Origin: a virus
Taxonomy: Duplodnaviria > Caudoviricetes
Strand: one strand, 5' to 3'
DNA length: 54,173 nucleotides
IMG/VR virus record: IMGVR_UViG_3300033153_007345
Coordinates: 1-54,173 of that record
The translations under genes were made by a program, and so were the position numbers. Below the pieces are notes generated by a model. It saw only the letters and a list, made by a program, of their open reading frames with translations, was not told the origin of the DNA and searched no databases. Positions 18,301 to 27,515 of the stretch are shown piece by piece; the stretch's first letter is position 1; the number at the start of each line of letters is the position of its first letter.

Positions 18301-21300
18301 AGTCTGGCCTGAGCCAGCTAGGTTAGCCAGGTTCAGTTTGCCTACTTGCTTCTGGAGAGACCCAAGAATCCTAGCCTGTCGTTCAAGCTTAGCATTTGCC
18401 CTGTCGAGGTTAGCCGCCTCTTTATCTGCGAAAGCATCAGCCAACTTTGCCTTTTTCAAAAGCGCCGCAGTAGCCTTTTTGGTCTGATCTGCCCTAGCTG
18501 CTGCAATAGCTACCTTGCTCTGAGCTATGATCGCTGCCTTGGCCTTGTTTATCTCAGCAGTGTGGCTTCTTCTGACAGCAACACTCTTACCCAGCAAATC
18601 AATACCCTTGCGGATAGTATCTAGGTCTTTTAGCTTCTCAGCAGTCTCTACTCTGATCTTAGCAATCACTCTGCCCTGAGCGGCAAGCTGTGCTTTTCTG
18701 GCGTCTGAGTTTATGGTCGCTGCTTGTGCAATAGCTGCGTCTCTTTTAGCAATAGCGTTGTACTCTGCCTGACTAACCTTCAGCGAAGCACTCGCAAATT
18801 TAGTCGCAACTTTGTGCAGCTCCTCGGATACTTCCTTAGCTACCTTAGCCCTCTTAATGAACCCATTAAAAGAATCAGCTGACTTTGAGAAGCTTTTCGC
18901 TATATCAACACCAGCTACCTTTTCTATAGCCTTGAAAGCTTCGCTTTTGACGGCCTTCAATTCAAATCTGGCATTTACAATTGCCTGGTTGGCCTTCTCA
19001 AATTCAGTTCCAAGAGCATTTATGCTGACGGTTGACTGACTCATATCAAGGCGCTTGGAAAAGATGCTTTGCATCTCCCTGCCTTTTTCATTTACATGCA
19101 CAAGTTGAGCAACAGTAGCCTCAGCAGCCGTAGCTGTTGAGGAGATCCCCTCAGTAACTGTAGCCCAAGCAGATTCACCAACTATCTCCAGCTCTACTAG
19201 CTGCTCGATTACCTTGTCACCCTCTTCAGTTAGTTTGACAATTTCCTCTGTACTGTCAGTAATCCAGGCTTTTAGCTTTTTCCATCCTATTATGGCTAGC
19301 TCGACAATCCTTACTGTCTTCATAAGACCTATGACCACCATTTTAGCGAGGCCAACAATCCTTCCGAACACGTTGCGGGCTATATCTCCGAGCTGCTTGA
19401 AGAAACCAGCGTTAGCTTTAGCGGATGCACCCGTTTTATCCATCTGTGGTTGTAGCTGCTTTAGTTCTTTGGACAACTCTCTGAACGCTTTAGCCAAAAG
19501 TGTAATGGACCCAATAATAAAAGCAGCTTTTAGGAATAAAGGATTAGATAAAAGCGCAAATGTAAATCGAACTATAGATGCAGTGACTGCTGTGAACCCT
19601 ACCACCAGCCCTTTGAGACCCGCTACCGTGAAAAAAGTGGATACTGTGAATGTTTTAAGTGCTGTTGCCCCTGACAGTAGCGCAGCAATAAACAATTTGA
19701 AATTCTTAGCTGCCATCACTCCCATAGCTACATTTAGTCTTACTACAGATGCTGCTGCTATGTTAATTTTTGTAGCCATACCTACAAGACCAGCTTGAGT
19801 AAATAGAAGCTGTGCTACATATGCTATGGCCGATTTGGTAGCAAGAATTGTACTGACAACCATCTTCTTAAATGCATCAGCTGCACCAGCCAACCCTACT
19901 TGTGTTAGGGCAATAAGAGCTGTTTTCAAATCAGTTACAACAGGTACTATAATATCTAGCTTTTTTGCTGCAATCCCCAGGATTGCGTTCATTCCAAATT
20001 GAAGAAAATTCAGATGCTGAATGGCTAAATTAACACCTACAATAGCAGCCTTAACTGTAGCCAGTGTGACTACAAAACTTAGGAAAATACCTAACACTTT
20101 TAGCCCAATACCGCCAAAATCAACAAACGCACTCACAGCATCGTGCACTATAGATGGCAAGTTACTAAGCATTTGGATGAACCTAGTTTGTACCTGCGTA
20201 ATTGATGCAAATAACGAGCTTTGGCTACCAAGCTTGGCTGTAAGATCCTTAGTCGCTTGCGCCAGTTGCTTCTGAGATCCGGCAATAGTATTCAATTGGT
20301 CAGCAGCGGCACCAACCAGCGGTATGGATTGCTCAAATATAGAGTTCATGACCAAAATAGCTTTTTCGTGCTTATCCAGTGCCTTGATACTAGTGCCCAG
20401 CTGATGAGCATACTTGGAATGGGATAGCGTTGCCTCATCGGTAAATAAACCAAGTGACTCGACAGCTGCCCCGTTGCCACCAAGTGCTTTAGCCACGCCC
20501 AGAGCTACCTCAGATAGCTTACGGCCAGTTGCAGCTGCAATATCGCCGGAAACTTTCAAGACCTTAGCATTTTGTTCAGCTGTAAGGCCAAGCGCAGAAC
20601 CTTCTGCTATCAATATTTTGATACTTTTCTGGATAGACGTAACACCGAAAGCAGTAGCCTCAACCATTTCTGCTATTTGTTCATTCCAGAAGGTCAGGCT
20701 TCCTGTAGCCTCTTCGCCAACAGCCTTGCCGAAACCTTTGATGACGAATGTAAACGCCCTAGTAACTGTTTCTGCTTTTACGAATGCCTTTTCCCATTCG
20801 TCCATTACCGATAGTAGCTTGTCACCTACTGCAATAGAGAAAGCTCCTAGTGCAGCTATTGCAAGTGTTAAACCAGCCGACACACTGAGGGATAAAACAC
20901 CAGCCATTTGGATTAACGACCCAGTAAAGCTGATCACTGAATTCTCTGATGAGGAAAGGTAAGATCCCAAAGCAAATAGGGATATCCCCATTGTTCCTGT
21001 TACCTCAATTAGCCCAATAATGGAGCCTTTCATAAACCCCATGTGGATAGCTGTGGATACAGCCTTAGCCCCAACTTTAACTGTGGCTTTAAGCATCGCA
21101 GCTAAGCCTTGCGCAAGCTTGGTATCAAAAAGTTTACTAAGATCGAGCCCAGTGAGTAGAAGCTTTTGGAAAGCTGGTACGAGCTTAGCGGTCACATCCT
21201 TGGCCGTTTTCACTGCGGCTACACCTAGTGACCTAATCCCCTTGTTAGCCGCCTGTAGGGTATCGTTGAGCCCTTTGCGCATGAATTTGTTAAGGTCCTC

Positions 21301-22170
21301 CATCCGGGCATGGAGGAAGTTGATCGACTGCTGGAACTTATTCACCTGCGCCGCACCAGCTGAGCTTGATCCGAACGTGCCAAACCAAGCCTGGTGGAAG
21401 TTTTGAACGGTTTTGACCGTTCCAAGAATACTGTCCCTAAGTATTTTGAATACAGACAGAATTCTAGTTAGTCGTTCTCTTGACCTACCCACAACTTCAA
21501 GAACGTCATGCATCGACCTTTGGAAGAAGGATGCAGTGCTACCTACTCGTTTGATGGATAGATTCAATTGCTCCATAAACTGAGTCATGCGTATCGTAGG
21601 GCCATGCATGCCCTTCATTACAGCCATCTGTTCTTTCATAGCTGGAATGAATAGCTGATACGTTTTCGTCAGATGGAGCACACTCTGATCGAGCCGAGTA
21701 AATCCGGCACTCATCAAGTGCTTAATAGTTGACAGTGCTGGACCAGTCTTGTTTATGAGGTTGTCGAGAGCATTTGCCCCCAGTACCACCCTGTTTGCAA
21801 AGCGAAGTGGAGCATCAAGAGTACCAAAGCCAATCAAAACAGACATAAGCCCAGCCATGGCTACTTCAGTATCCGATATCCTGTCTTTGACCACAGAAAC
21901 TTTTTTCGATGTTTTGTCAAACTGCTTCCCAAGCTGCTGAGTAGCCTTGGTCATTTTGCGGGTTGTCTTGTCTAGCTTCTCCAGGTCTTTTGTTGGGAGT
22001 TTTTTTGCGGCAGTAGCTATAGACTTGTAGTCCTTTTCGAGCTTCTTTAGCTCTTTTTGGATTGCGATAGTCTGCTTGGTATTGGCCTTTAGACTCTTGG
22101 TAAGATCGTCTACACCACGCTTGCCCTTCTTGGTGTTAACGTCTATATTTATGAGTAGATCTTCAGCCAT
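15382..22170 (-). CDS. Tail tape measure protein (2262 aa)
   Basis: Longest ORF; helical, hydrophobic stretches, W/F-periodic repeats, C-terminal FARGG...PGEF motifs; follows the chaperone. Confidence 0.95.
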   Translation of the reverse strand: MAEDLLINIDVNTKKGKRGVDDLTKSLKANTKQTIAIQKELKKLEKDYKSIATAAKKLPTKDLEKLDKTTRKMTKATQQLGKQFDKTSKKVSVVKDRISDTEVAMAGLMSVLIGFGTLDAPLRFANRVVLGANALDNLINKTGPALSTIKHLMSAGFTRLDQSVLHLTKTYQLFIPAMKEQMAVMKGMHGPTIRMTQFMEQLNLSIKRVGSTASFFQRSMHDVLEVVGRSRERLTRILSVFKILRDSILGTVKTVQNFHQAWFGTFGSSSAGAAQVNKFQQSINFLHARMEDLNKFMRKGLNDTLQAANKGIRSLGVAAVKTAKDVTAKLVPAFQKLLLTGLDLSKLFDTKLAQGLAAMLKATVKVGAKAVSTAIHMGFMKGSIIGLIEVTGTMGISLFALGSYLSSSENSVISFTGSLIQMAGVLSLSVSAGLTLAIAALGAFSIAVGDKLLSVMDEWEKAFVKAETVTRAFTFVIKGFGKAVGEEATGSLTFWNEQIAEMVEATAFGVTSIQKSIKILIAEGSALGLTAEQNAKVLKVSGDIAAATGRKLSEVALGVAKALGGNGAAVESLGLFTDEATLSHSKYAHQLGTSIKALDKHEKAILVMNSIFEQSIPLVGAAADQLNTIAGSQKQLAQATKDLTAKLGSQSSLFASITQVQTRFIQMLSNLPSIVHDAVSAFVDFGGIGLKVLGIFLSFVVTLATVKAAIVGVNLAIQHLNFLQFGMNAILGIAAKKLDIIVPVVTDLKTALIALTQVGLAGAADAFKKMVVSTILATKSAIAYVAQLLFTQAGLVGMATKINIAAASVVRLNVAMGVMAAKNFKLFIAALLSGATALKTFTVSTFFTVAGLKGLVVGFTAVTASIVRFTFALLSNPLFLKAAFIIGSITLLAKAFRELSKELKQLQPQMDKTGASAKANAGFFKQLGDIARNVFGRIVGLAKMVVIGLMKTVRIVELAIIGWKKLKAWITDSTEEIVKLTEEGDKVIEQLVELEIVGESAWATVTEGISSTATAAEATVAQLVHVNEKGREMQSIFSKRLDMSQSTVSINALGTEFEKANQAIVNARFELKAVKSEAFKAIEKVAGVDIAKSFSKSADSFNGFIKRAKVAKEVSEELHKVATKFASASLKVSQAEYNAIAKRDAAIAQAATINSDARKAQLAAQGRVIAKIRVETAEKLKDLDTIRKGIDLLGKSVAVRRSHTAEINKAKAAIIAQSKVAIAAARADQTKKATAALLKKAKLADAFADKEAANLDRANAKLERQARILGSLQKQVGKLNLANLAGSGQTVKLANAEYAIQLAQLDVLEQRLAASGLLTEANKAILEASKTAGAEQLKVKIDEASLLNQFDKVFSNLKPRNFGGEVIKGLFQSFTKAGLQLREAFRVGEEVFQGVDLSVGFMDNMSVIGSNLKEIGKDMFTQKNLVSAGKSMASGIMAVGDFIGDMFSPETISGLADTIDNMLTELPDALLKAFDKLMGSMDKFIDQFVEAFSKLLDKLPEIIDGIIAMIPKFISALVDGLGKLLDMLPGLIMQILDALPAIFAQLLESMPTIIMKIFSALGKIIAGIISIIPDLLINLLEALPDIIGAIIEGLIDAMGSIVAALIDVAMSGGLEKIALAFAKLVPMIVIAIIKGVINGLKKALNNILGGVEFPTSKLQEAGAAISEGFKSGLDKITGEASKLFSVKDFGEAGAALDPAKQAEKIAKKIRESFTIGANLLSRAWAKVMKFWKGFVKLVKRAWDAIIAFFENFAEVIKGAWEFIIDFFEAFGDLIGDAWHGVLHLFETLGEIVQEAFAVVINLFTTLGSIVHSAFDFVFAGFKKFMGFIKDTFGPILESVFKVFTDTAMVFVNFFKDSWSTLVSSAWDPIVSFFKDTFGGLTTAAFDPIIDTFNGLKELVTDAFAATQDFFKSIFKGNIKEAFQGAIDFFQDSFSKIVELAWDKPIAALKNMGSKIWESLKAGLDTAGSIFTDFGTKMWEGLKSSLSGLGDIFKEAFNSLNPSNLLSKLFSTSGDSGAKGPVEKLIGVNVPFVKFARGGEIPGLAGIPGDSLKNDTVPILASPGEFIVPRSIAQDPQIAKLLETLVSGNMPQFGYGGSIGRAISKAYKDSTGGGGGDVSVESVTKDVTGLVDTLDPKKEIMKHIKSSLLKMIESSASILRGKTGGLVGGFSSEDGTQSLLQPGEFVVNRTGVQGLGLNILEQANLGKSTAGNTFNIEVAMEIETTEPVDEQFMRTRVIPAVKDELKQASLRGDFLISSRGIRS

Positions 22171-22173
22171 GTC

Positions 22174-23084
22174 CTACCTTCTCCTGGCCCGCGCTTGGCC
22201 ACCGGATTTTGATCTAGTCCCAGCCTTGCTCTTTGCTGAGGTATCGTCTGTCCCTAATACCATCCTGGCTTTCTGCATAAATTTCTGCATGTCGTAGTTT
22301 GGAGCAAACCAAGAAAGAAGTTCAATAAACCAGCCTGGTTGATCCGAGATCCCACCAGAGTTGAGTAGAACTTTTTGTTCGCATGCCACAGTCATAACCT
22401 CGAAAACAGTGATGGCCTCTTGGTCACATGTCGCTTTACCTGGACAAAAACCATAGAGGCCACCTCCTTCATGTATTCGTATGGGGAAGATATTAGAATC
22501 TTCAGCAGTGAAATTCCACCTATCCTCCCTACATCGTCTTAACGTCTGCACTCGTTCCGGACAACCTGAGCATATAAAATTGCGTCCACCCTTTTTCAAA
22601 GCTGCGTGATCTGCAAAATGCAGCTCAAGCAATGACTCTAGCTTTTTTTTGGAGCCTCATCACCTTCACCAGCTGCATTCTTGCGGCCATTGTAAAGGTC
22701 CATCAACACTCCACTGTTGTATAGTGCGTTCACAACATCCTTAGCTGCGTAGCCATCCTTGTCTTTCTTAAACCCTGCTGCCCCTGGGCCTTCCATGCCT
22801 ACCAAAGCGCAACGAACTTCATCCATCATGAAGCCCATATTGACGCTAGGCTTGTTGTCCACCCCTATAGTCACCTGGCTATTCATGACCTTCTTAGAGT
22901 CACGGTAGGGGAGTGTGTGCTTCATTACGAAGCGTGTAGGTTCGCCAACTATCGTAAGCTTTTTCTCATCCAAGTCTTCGAGATAGTTCTCGTAGTCTTC
23001 CTCGGAAACATCCTTGATGGATGAATCCTTGCTCACGATAATGGCGACAGTTTTTTCTGTGTCCATTGATAGTTTGAATGCCAT
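22174..23084 (-). CDS. Tail assembly chaperone, long (G-T type) form via -1 frameshift
   Basis: An A8 run (T 22643-22650 on +) before the stop; the -1 frame reads KKKLESLLELHF into ORF 22174-22632. Confidence 0.8.
22638..23084 (-). CDS. Tail assembly chaperone, short form
   Basis: Between tail tube and tape measure; ends APKKS*. Confidence 0.85.
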   Translation of the reverse strand: MAFKLSMDTEKTVAIIVSKDSSIKDVSEEDYENYLEDLDEKKLTIVGEPTRFVMKHTLPYRDSKKVMNSQVTIGVDNKPSVNMGFMMDEVRCALVGMEGPGAAGFKKDKDGYAAKDVVNALYNSGVLMDLYNGRKNAAGEGDEAPKKS

Positions 23085-23111
23085 GCAAGTACTCCAAAGC
23101 GCAAATTAGGG

Positions 23112-24344
23112 TTATAGGAAGCTAGCCGTTACTTCATCGGCAGCATCCAGGGCAGTCTGGTAAGCATTACCAGTAAAGCTGATTGGGATTGTTCCAGTAT
23201 CTGGAACGGGAATCTCTGGGATAGCAAAAATCGCTTTAGGAACTTCCATTTTGAAGTGCCTCCCAGTCACATCACCAAGAATCAAGGTGATATCCTCGCC
23301 AGTGAAGTCTCGAAGACCATTGAGGAAGCCAGAAATCTCTTTGTTGAGGTTAAGCTCCATAGAAATCTCAGCAGTGAACCTTCCGCCTGGTGTGAACAAG
23401 CGTCCACCCAAGCCTTCTTCGCCGTAGCAGAAGTCTTGAAGCTCATGGTTGTTGACCATGTTAACGGTTGCTGATCGAACACAGTCAGTACTGGAGAGAC
23501 CAACGATAGTGATTGAACCCTTGAGCCCAGTCTGAGGATCGTTGATGGCTACGTGAGGCTCTTCAGGCTCGTAGTAGGCCAGTATGGTATCGGCCAACGC
23601 TGATACCAGAGCAACACCATCGACAGTTACCACGTCGCCAACTACACCAGTTACCGCTCTTGGTGCGGAATCTGTCCCATCGAGGCGAGTAACACCATCG
23701 GTGGAGTCAACCCACATGACCTGAGCGCCGACTGGGAACCGAATACCCTCGCCAGAGGCTACTGTGATTGTGTTGCCGCCAGAGTTGTCTACAAGTGAGT
23801 TGCCAATACCTACTGTAAGGGCAGTCTTGGCCATTCCGGCCCACTCTGTTTGAGCTTGTCCGTCACCTGGGAAAGATGCGTTGTTGGACTCGACAAAGGC
23901 ACCAGGTGCTTGGACTGCCCAAAGGTCGCCGTTCTCGTAGATTGAGAAAGTGATACTGGGAGCTTCACCTGAAGTGTATACAGGAGAACCACCCGTTACA
24001 TCCTCTTTGCCCATTAGAGACTTCCAAAGAACCCTCATCGCTGGGTCAATCTCGGCAGTATTCAAAGAGCCGAGAGACGTGTCGATATTGAAGAACGTAG
24101 GAAGACTCCACTCAGTAGAGGTCTTCTGTTTGATGACACTGGTATGGTGTCTACCCGACCTATGTGGACTTGACTCTACCTCTTGAGTAAAGTTCACAGC
24201 TCCACCACTGAGCGTAAACATAAAGTCAGCCGCAGTAGGGGCTACAAAAGTGCCTCTTGTTGTTTCTTCTACGATGAAAAACTTCTGCTCTAGTGCGATA
24301 GCATCGTTTGGCGAATCGTAGATGGTCTTAAAGTTCTTAGCCAT
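23112..24344 (-). CDS. Major tail tube protein
   Basis: Position; EETTRGT N-terminal motif; beta-rich; AAGGAG SD. Confidence 0.85.
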   Translation of the reverse strand: MAKNFKTIYDSPNDAIALEQKFFIVEETTRGTFVAPTAADFMFTLSGGAVNFTQEVESSPHRSGRHHTSVIKQKTSTEWSLPTFFNIDTSLGSLNTAEIDPAMRVLWKSLMGKEDVTGGSPVYTSGEAPSITFSIYENGDLWAVQAPGAFVESNNASFPGDGQAQTEWAGMAKTALTVGIGNSLVDNSGGNTITVASGEGIRFPVGAQVMWVDSTDGVTRLDGTDSAPRAVTGVVGDVVTVDGVALVSALADTILAYYEPEEPHVAINDPQTGLKGSITIVGLSSTDCVRSATVNMVNNHELQDFCYGEEGLGGRLFTPGGRFTAEISMELNLNKEISGFLNGLRDFTGEDITLILGDVTGRHFKMEVPKAIFAIPEIPVPDTGTIPISFTGNAYQTALDAADEVTASFL

Positions 24345-24380
24345 GGTTACTCACTCCTTGTAAAAAATTTTAAGCTCCAC

Positions 24381-24818
24381 CTAGCATGCAGCCACCAATG
24401 TATCATAGTATTGGACAACGAAGTCGATCCTGGCTATGTAGTTAGGCTGTAACAGGTGCAAGTCTGTTATATTACCAGTATAAATCAAATGAACAACACC
24501 TGGTATCCCTAAATTGGGCTGGTCCCAAAGAGCCAGCTGGATTTCCCGCCTCTTTTCAAACAACCCCTGCTGATTTACCTCGCCAGTTATCTCTGAACGC
24601 ATAATCAGCTCTAATGATAAGTTCCAATCTACTAGAATCCTACCCCTTTCGTGCTTGACTGTCTGCCCATTATCCCAAATCTGTACAGCGGGCAGTTCGA
24701 AGGGCTCAAAATCGGTAGTGCTGAGCTTTATTCTATCAAAGCTGACGTAGTTTATCCCAGCAACATCCGTCTTCACGATTGAAACAATTTTGTCCACAAT
24801 GTCAGACTCAATACTCAA
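24381..24818 (-). CDS. Tail terminator / completion protein
   Basis: Position; ELPAVQI and terminal FVVQY strand. Confidence 0.7.
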   Translation of the reverse strand: MSIESDIVDKIVSIVKTDVAGINYVSFDRIKLSTTDFEPFELPAVQIWDNGQTVKHERGRILVDWNLSLELIMRSEITGEVNQQGLFEKRREIQLALWDQPNLGIPGVVHLIYTGNITDLHLLQPNYIARIDFVVQYYDTLVAAC

Positions 24819-25291
24819 GAGATTAGACCCCTTATAATGCTGATTATGCGACCTTTTGTTGATTCTACAGCCGGTCTAAGGAACGGTCTAGCCATAAATC
24901 GACTGCCCTGTATCACGCCTTTGCCGGGGGTTCTTACCGGGCCTAGCTGGCCTCGATCTCTCAAGGAAGCAAACATAGCTTTGCGTTGAGGATCAGTAAA
25001 AGGACCGCCGAACTCATGTTGAGCGGCGTAGGGAACCCCAAATGACCCGACCCGGACCCCCACAGAATCTCGCCGCTGGTAAATCTCCGATTTGATCGAG
25101 TTCAGAAGCCTACCAGTATCTATAATACCCTTGCGACGGATGTTCTGCTTGGTTTCCGCCTCTATCAAAAGCCCTATTCGGAACAAAGCCTGCTTGATTT
25201 TAGGGTCACCAATATCAAAACCCTTGATCCGCCTGCGGATCCTGGCTTCTAATTCGGTGCCAATGTTTTCAAGTCGTACAGTTTCCGGCAT
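24815..25291 (-). CDS. Neck / virion morphogenesis protein (HK97 gp10-like)
   Basis: DTGRLLNSI, VPYAAQHEFG and ARPFLRPA motifs. Confidence 0.85.
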   Translation of the reverse strand: MPETVRLENIGTELEARIRRRIKGFDIGDPKIKQALFRIGLLIEAETKQNIRRKGIIDTGRLLNSIKSEIYQRRDSVGVRVGSFGVPYAAQHEFGGPFTDPQRKAMFASLRDRGQLGPVRTPGKGVIQGSRFMARPFLRPAVESTKGRIISIIRGLIS

Positions 25292-25920
25292 CAGTACGTT
25301 CCTACGGCTTTCTGCGAGTTAGGTATCTCCAGCCTGGTGTATGCGTCGATGGTGTCTTGTATGTACTGGGGCATAGCCTCTCGGAAAGTGACGTTCTCCT
25401 GGTTCTTACCCTTGACCATGGTCCCAATACTGTCATCTGAGCGCATATTCCACAGAAACTCCACTCCCCAGAAGGCTGCGTCCTGGAGATCATAGGGCAC
25501 GGTGGCATACCCGCCGTCGTATACGATCTTGACGTTGCGCTTCCCGCGGGGAAATAGGCGACGGCATCCAATCAGGACTATCCCCACGCCCTCTCCTCTG
25601 GTGCTGAGCTCCAGCTCATAGTCGGCTGTATCCAGCTGATCCTCGGCTGTTGTAAACAGCGAATTGCTATCTATCCACACCTCGGTAGGCTTCGCACATG
25701 GCCACTCGTTGAGCAAGAAGCTGTCGTTGCCAATACCATCGTGGTACTCAGTGATACTAGCTCTCTGGGCCAAACGACGACCTGTGATCTTCTCGATCCT
25801 ATCGGTCGTGGCGTTTATAAACCTCTCGATAATGGTATCAAAGTCGGTATTGGTCGCAGGCACCCCCAAATGTTCTCTGGTGTCCGCCAGGCTGACTAAA
25901 GCGTAAGAAAGTAGTGCCAC
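25291..25920 (-). CDS. Head-tail adaptor (gp6-like)
   Basis: LVSLADTREHL, IEKITGR and VYDGGYATVPYDL motifs. Confidence 0.85.
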   Translation of the reverse strand: MALLSYALVSLADTREHLGVPATNTDFDTIIERFINATTDRIEKITGRRLAQRASITEYHDGIGNDSFLLNEWPCAKPTEVWIDSNSLFTTAEDQLDTADYELELSTRGEGVGIVLIGCRRLFPRGKRNVKIVYDGGYATVPYDLQDAAFWGVEFLWNMRSDDSIGTMVKGKNQENVTFREAMPQYIQDTIDAYTRLEIPNSQKAVGTY

Positions 25921-25929
25921 GGTAACCCC

Positions 25930-26214
25930 CTAAAGAGACTTGTTTGCATATGCTTGAGCCCTTCGAGTAGCAGCCCCGACTACATTTCCTTCCTGATCCC
26001 TTTTCTCTGGCTCTTTTAGAGGAGCTTTCCTTACAGGAGCTTTCGCTACAGCCTGCTTTAGCATATCTGGGTACTTGCCCAGCAGCGAATGGCCTATTGA
26101 GTCTTCCACTTCGATCTTTTGACCAACTTTTGACCATTTGAACGAGCCAGACGCAGTATGCTCCAGTAGCACATTACCTTTACGGAATTTAACAAGTTCT
26201 ATTAGCACGTGCAC
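25930..26214 (-). CDS. Hypothetical head-associated small protein
   Basis: GGGGGT SD with GTG start; basic low-complexity tail. Confidence 0.55.
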   Translation of the reverse strand: MHVLIELVKFRKGNVLLEHTASGSFKWSKVGQKIEVEDSIGHSLLGKYPDMLKQAVAKAPVRKAPLKEPEKRDQEGNVVGAATRRAQAYANKSL

Positions 26215-26272
26215 CCCCTTGAAGTTGTTTATCCTATATACTTTATCCCATTTTTATTGGGCTTGACAATGC

Positions 26273-26530
26273 TTACCACTTGCCTTGTGGGCACTTAGAC
26301 CCAGATAGTGCTATCTTCTTGCGATACCCACACCCACACACTGCACAGTACCAGTAGGCAATACTCCTGCGCTCCTTGACCGTTAGATACTCGCAACTCT
26401 CGCATATCGCCAGCCTCTTTTGGGCGGTCTCTTCGTCTGTGATGATGGATTTGTTCTTGAGAGAGGCACTAATTGCGCCAATTATGGTTTTGGCTTGCTC
26501 AAGTCTGGACATGTGAACCTTTTTGGTCAT
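26273..26530 (-). CDS. Cys-rich zinc-binding protein (DUF6171-like)
   Basis: RLAICESC...CAVCGC...K...CPQGKW pattern. Confidence 0.7.
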   Translation of the reverse strand: MTKKVHMSRLEQAKTIIGAISASLKNKSIITDEETAQKRLAICESCEYLTVKERRSIAYWYCAVCGCGYRKKIALSGSKCPQGKW

Positions 26531-26533
26531 GTC

Positions 26534-26824
26534 CTACACTTTCAATGAGTGTCTGTGGTCATCCATCTTTGCTTTAACCAAGGCATCACGAGCCTTTTCC
26601 TTGGCTTCCATTTCCTCAGCAAAGAGGACTTCAAACTTGCTCATCCTCTCGTTGAACTCTGCTTTTAGCTTCGTGTTCACTTGAGAATACGACTGTACAA
26701 CACTCTCAAATCTAGCTAGTTCACCTCCAAGACTCATTCCGGCGTCTGTCAGCTGGACATTTAAGCCGTCTGTGAGCCTTCTTTCTAGACTGAACAACCT
26801 GATAAATTTCTTGAATATATTCAT
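26534..26824 (-). CDS. Hypothetical coiled-coil protein
   Basis: ATGA-coupled; helical. Confidence 0.6.
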   Translation of the reverse strand: MNIFKKFIRLFSLERRLTDGLNVQLTDAGMSLGGELARFESVVQSYSQVNTKLKAEFNERMSKFEVLFAEEMEAKEKARDALVKAKMDDHRHSLKV

Positions 26825-27186
26825 GTATCACCTATCCTCTTGAAACCCTCTGCCATCAAGAACATTTCCTTGGATGAAGCCGATTTGTTCAGCCTGATAT
26901 ATCTGAACTTCTTCACCCCATCTCCTGTGAATGCCCTGTTGACCTTGAACTCCATAGTGTTTCCAGTCAACCACGCTGCGGCAATTACTTCCCAAGAACC
27001 ACCATTGCCCCAATCGACCTGGAAGCCGCCCGACATACCGTCGCCAATAGCTCTGTCTCCAAAGATCACTCGGCTGATCTGCCATGACTGACCAGCTGGG
27101 ATTATCGGGCTAGTCTCAATAACTACAGATGTTGGAGCCACTTCATTGTTATAAACGACTTGCACTCTGTCTCTGGAGATTGTCAT
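26821..27186 (-). CDS. Putative capsid decoration beta-sandwich protein
   Basis: Resembles 27183-27515 (FTGDGVKKFR versus YIGDGTKVMR). Confidence 0.5.
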   Translation of the reverse strand: MTISRDRVQVVYNNEVAPTSVVIETSPIIPAGQSWQISRVIFGDRAIGDGMSGGFQVDWGNGGSWEVIAAAWLTGNTMEFKVNRAFTGDGVKKFRYIRLNKSASSKEMFLMAEGFKRIGDT

Positions 27187-27515
27187 AGCTTCACCGCTTG
27201 AAAGTACCCACCCATATGAGCTGGTTCAGTGAGATCATTTGTGAGACATATCCTCATGACCTTTGTCCCGTCTCCAATGTATGTTTTGTTTATGTTTTCA
27301 TGATGAGATTCGCCATAGCTTGACATCACAATCTCTGGTGTACCCGCTGGATCCCATACGATGCATGCTACTGTAGCCGGTACCTGAGAGCTGCTAACAC
27401 CAGCATTGACCAAGAACATCTCTTCACCATTCGTAGGCGTATAGTCTAGCGTCTCAGCGCTTGAGGCTGCAACGTTCTTGTATATGCGCTTATTGATATC
27501 AAACACGAATGACAT
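27183..27515 (-). CDS. Putative capsid decoration beta-sandwich protein
   Basis: Beta-rich; in the post-capsid cluster. Confidence 0.5.
   Translation of the reverse strand: MSFVFDINKRIYKNVAASSAETLDYTPTNGEEMFLVNAGVSSSQVPATVACIVWDPAGTPEIVMSSYGESHHENINKTYIGDGTKVMRICLTNDLTEPAHMGGYFQAVKL

Noticed and set aside
15449-21940. Long plus-strand ORFs antisense to the tape measure gene
   Set aside because: Ser/Pro-rich shadow frames without SD or recognisable domains; the same applies to most antisense ORFs over the late genes
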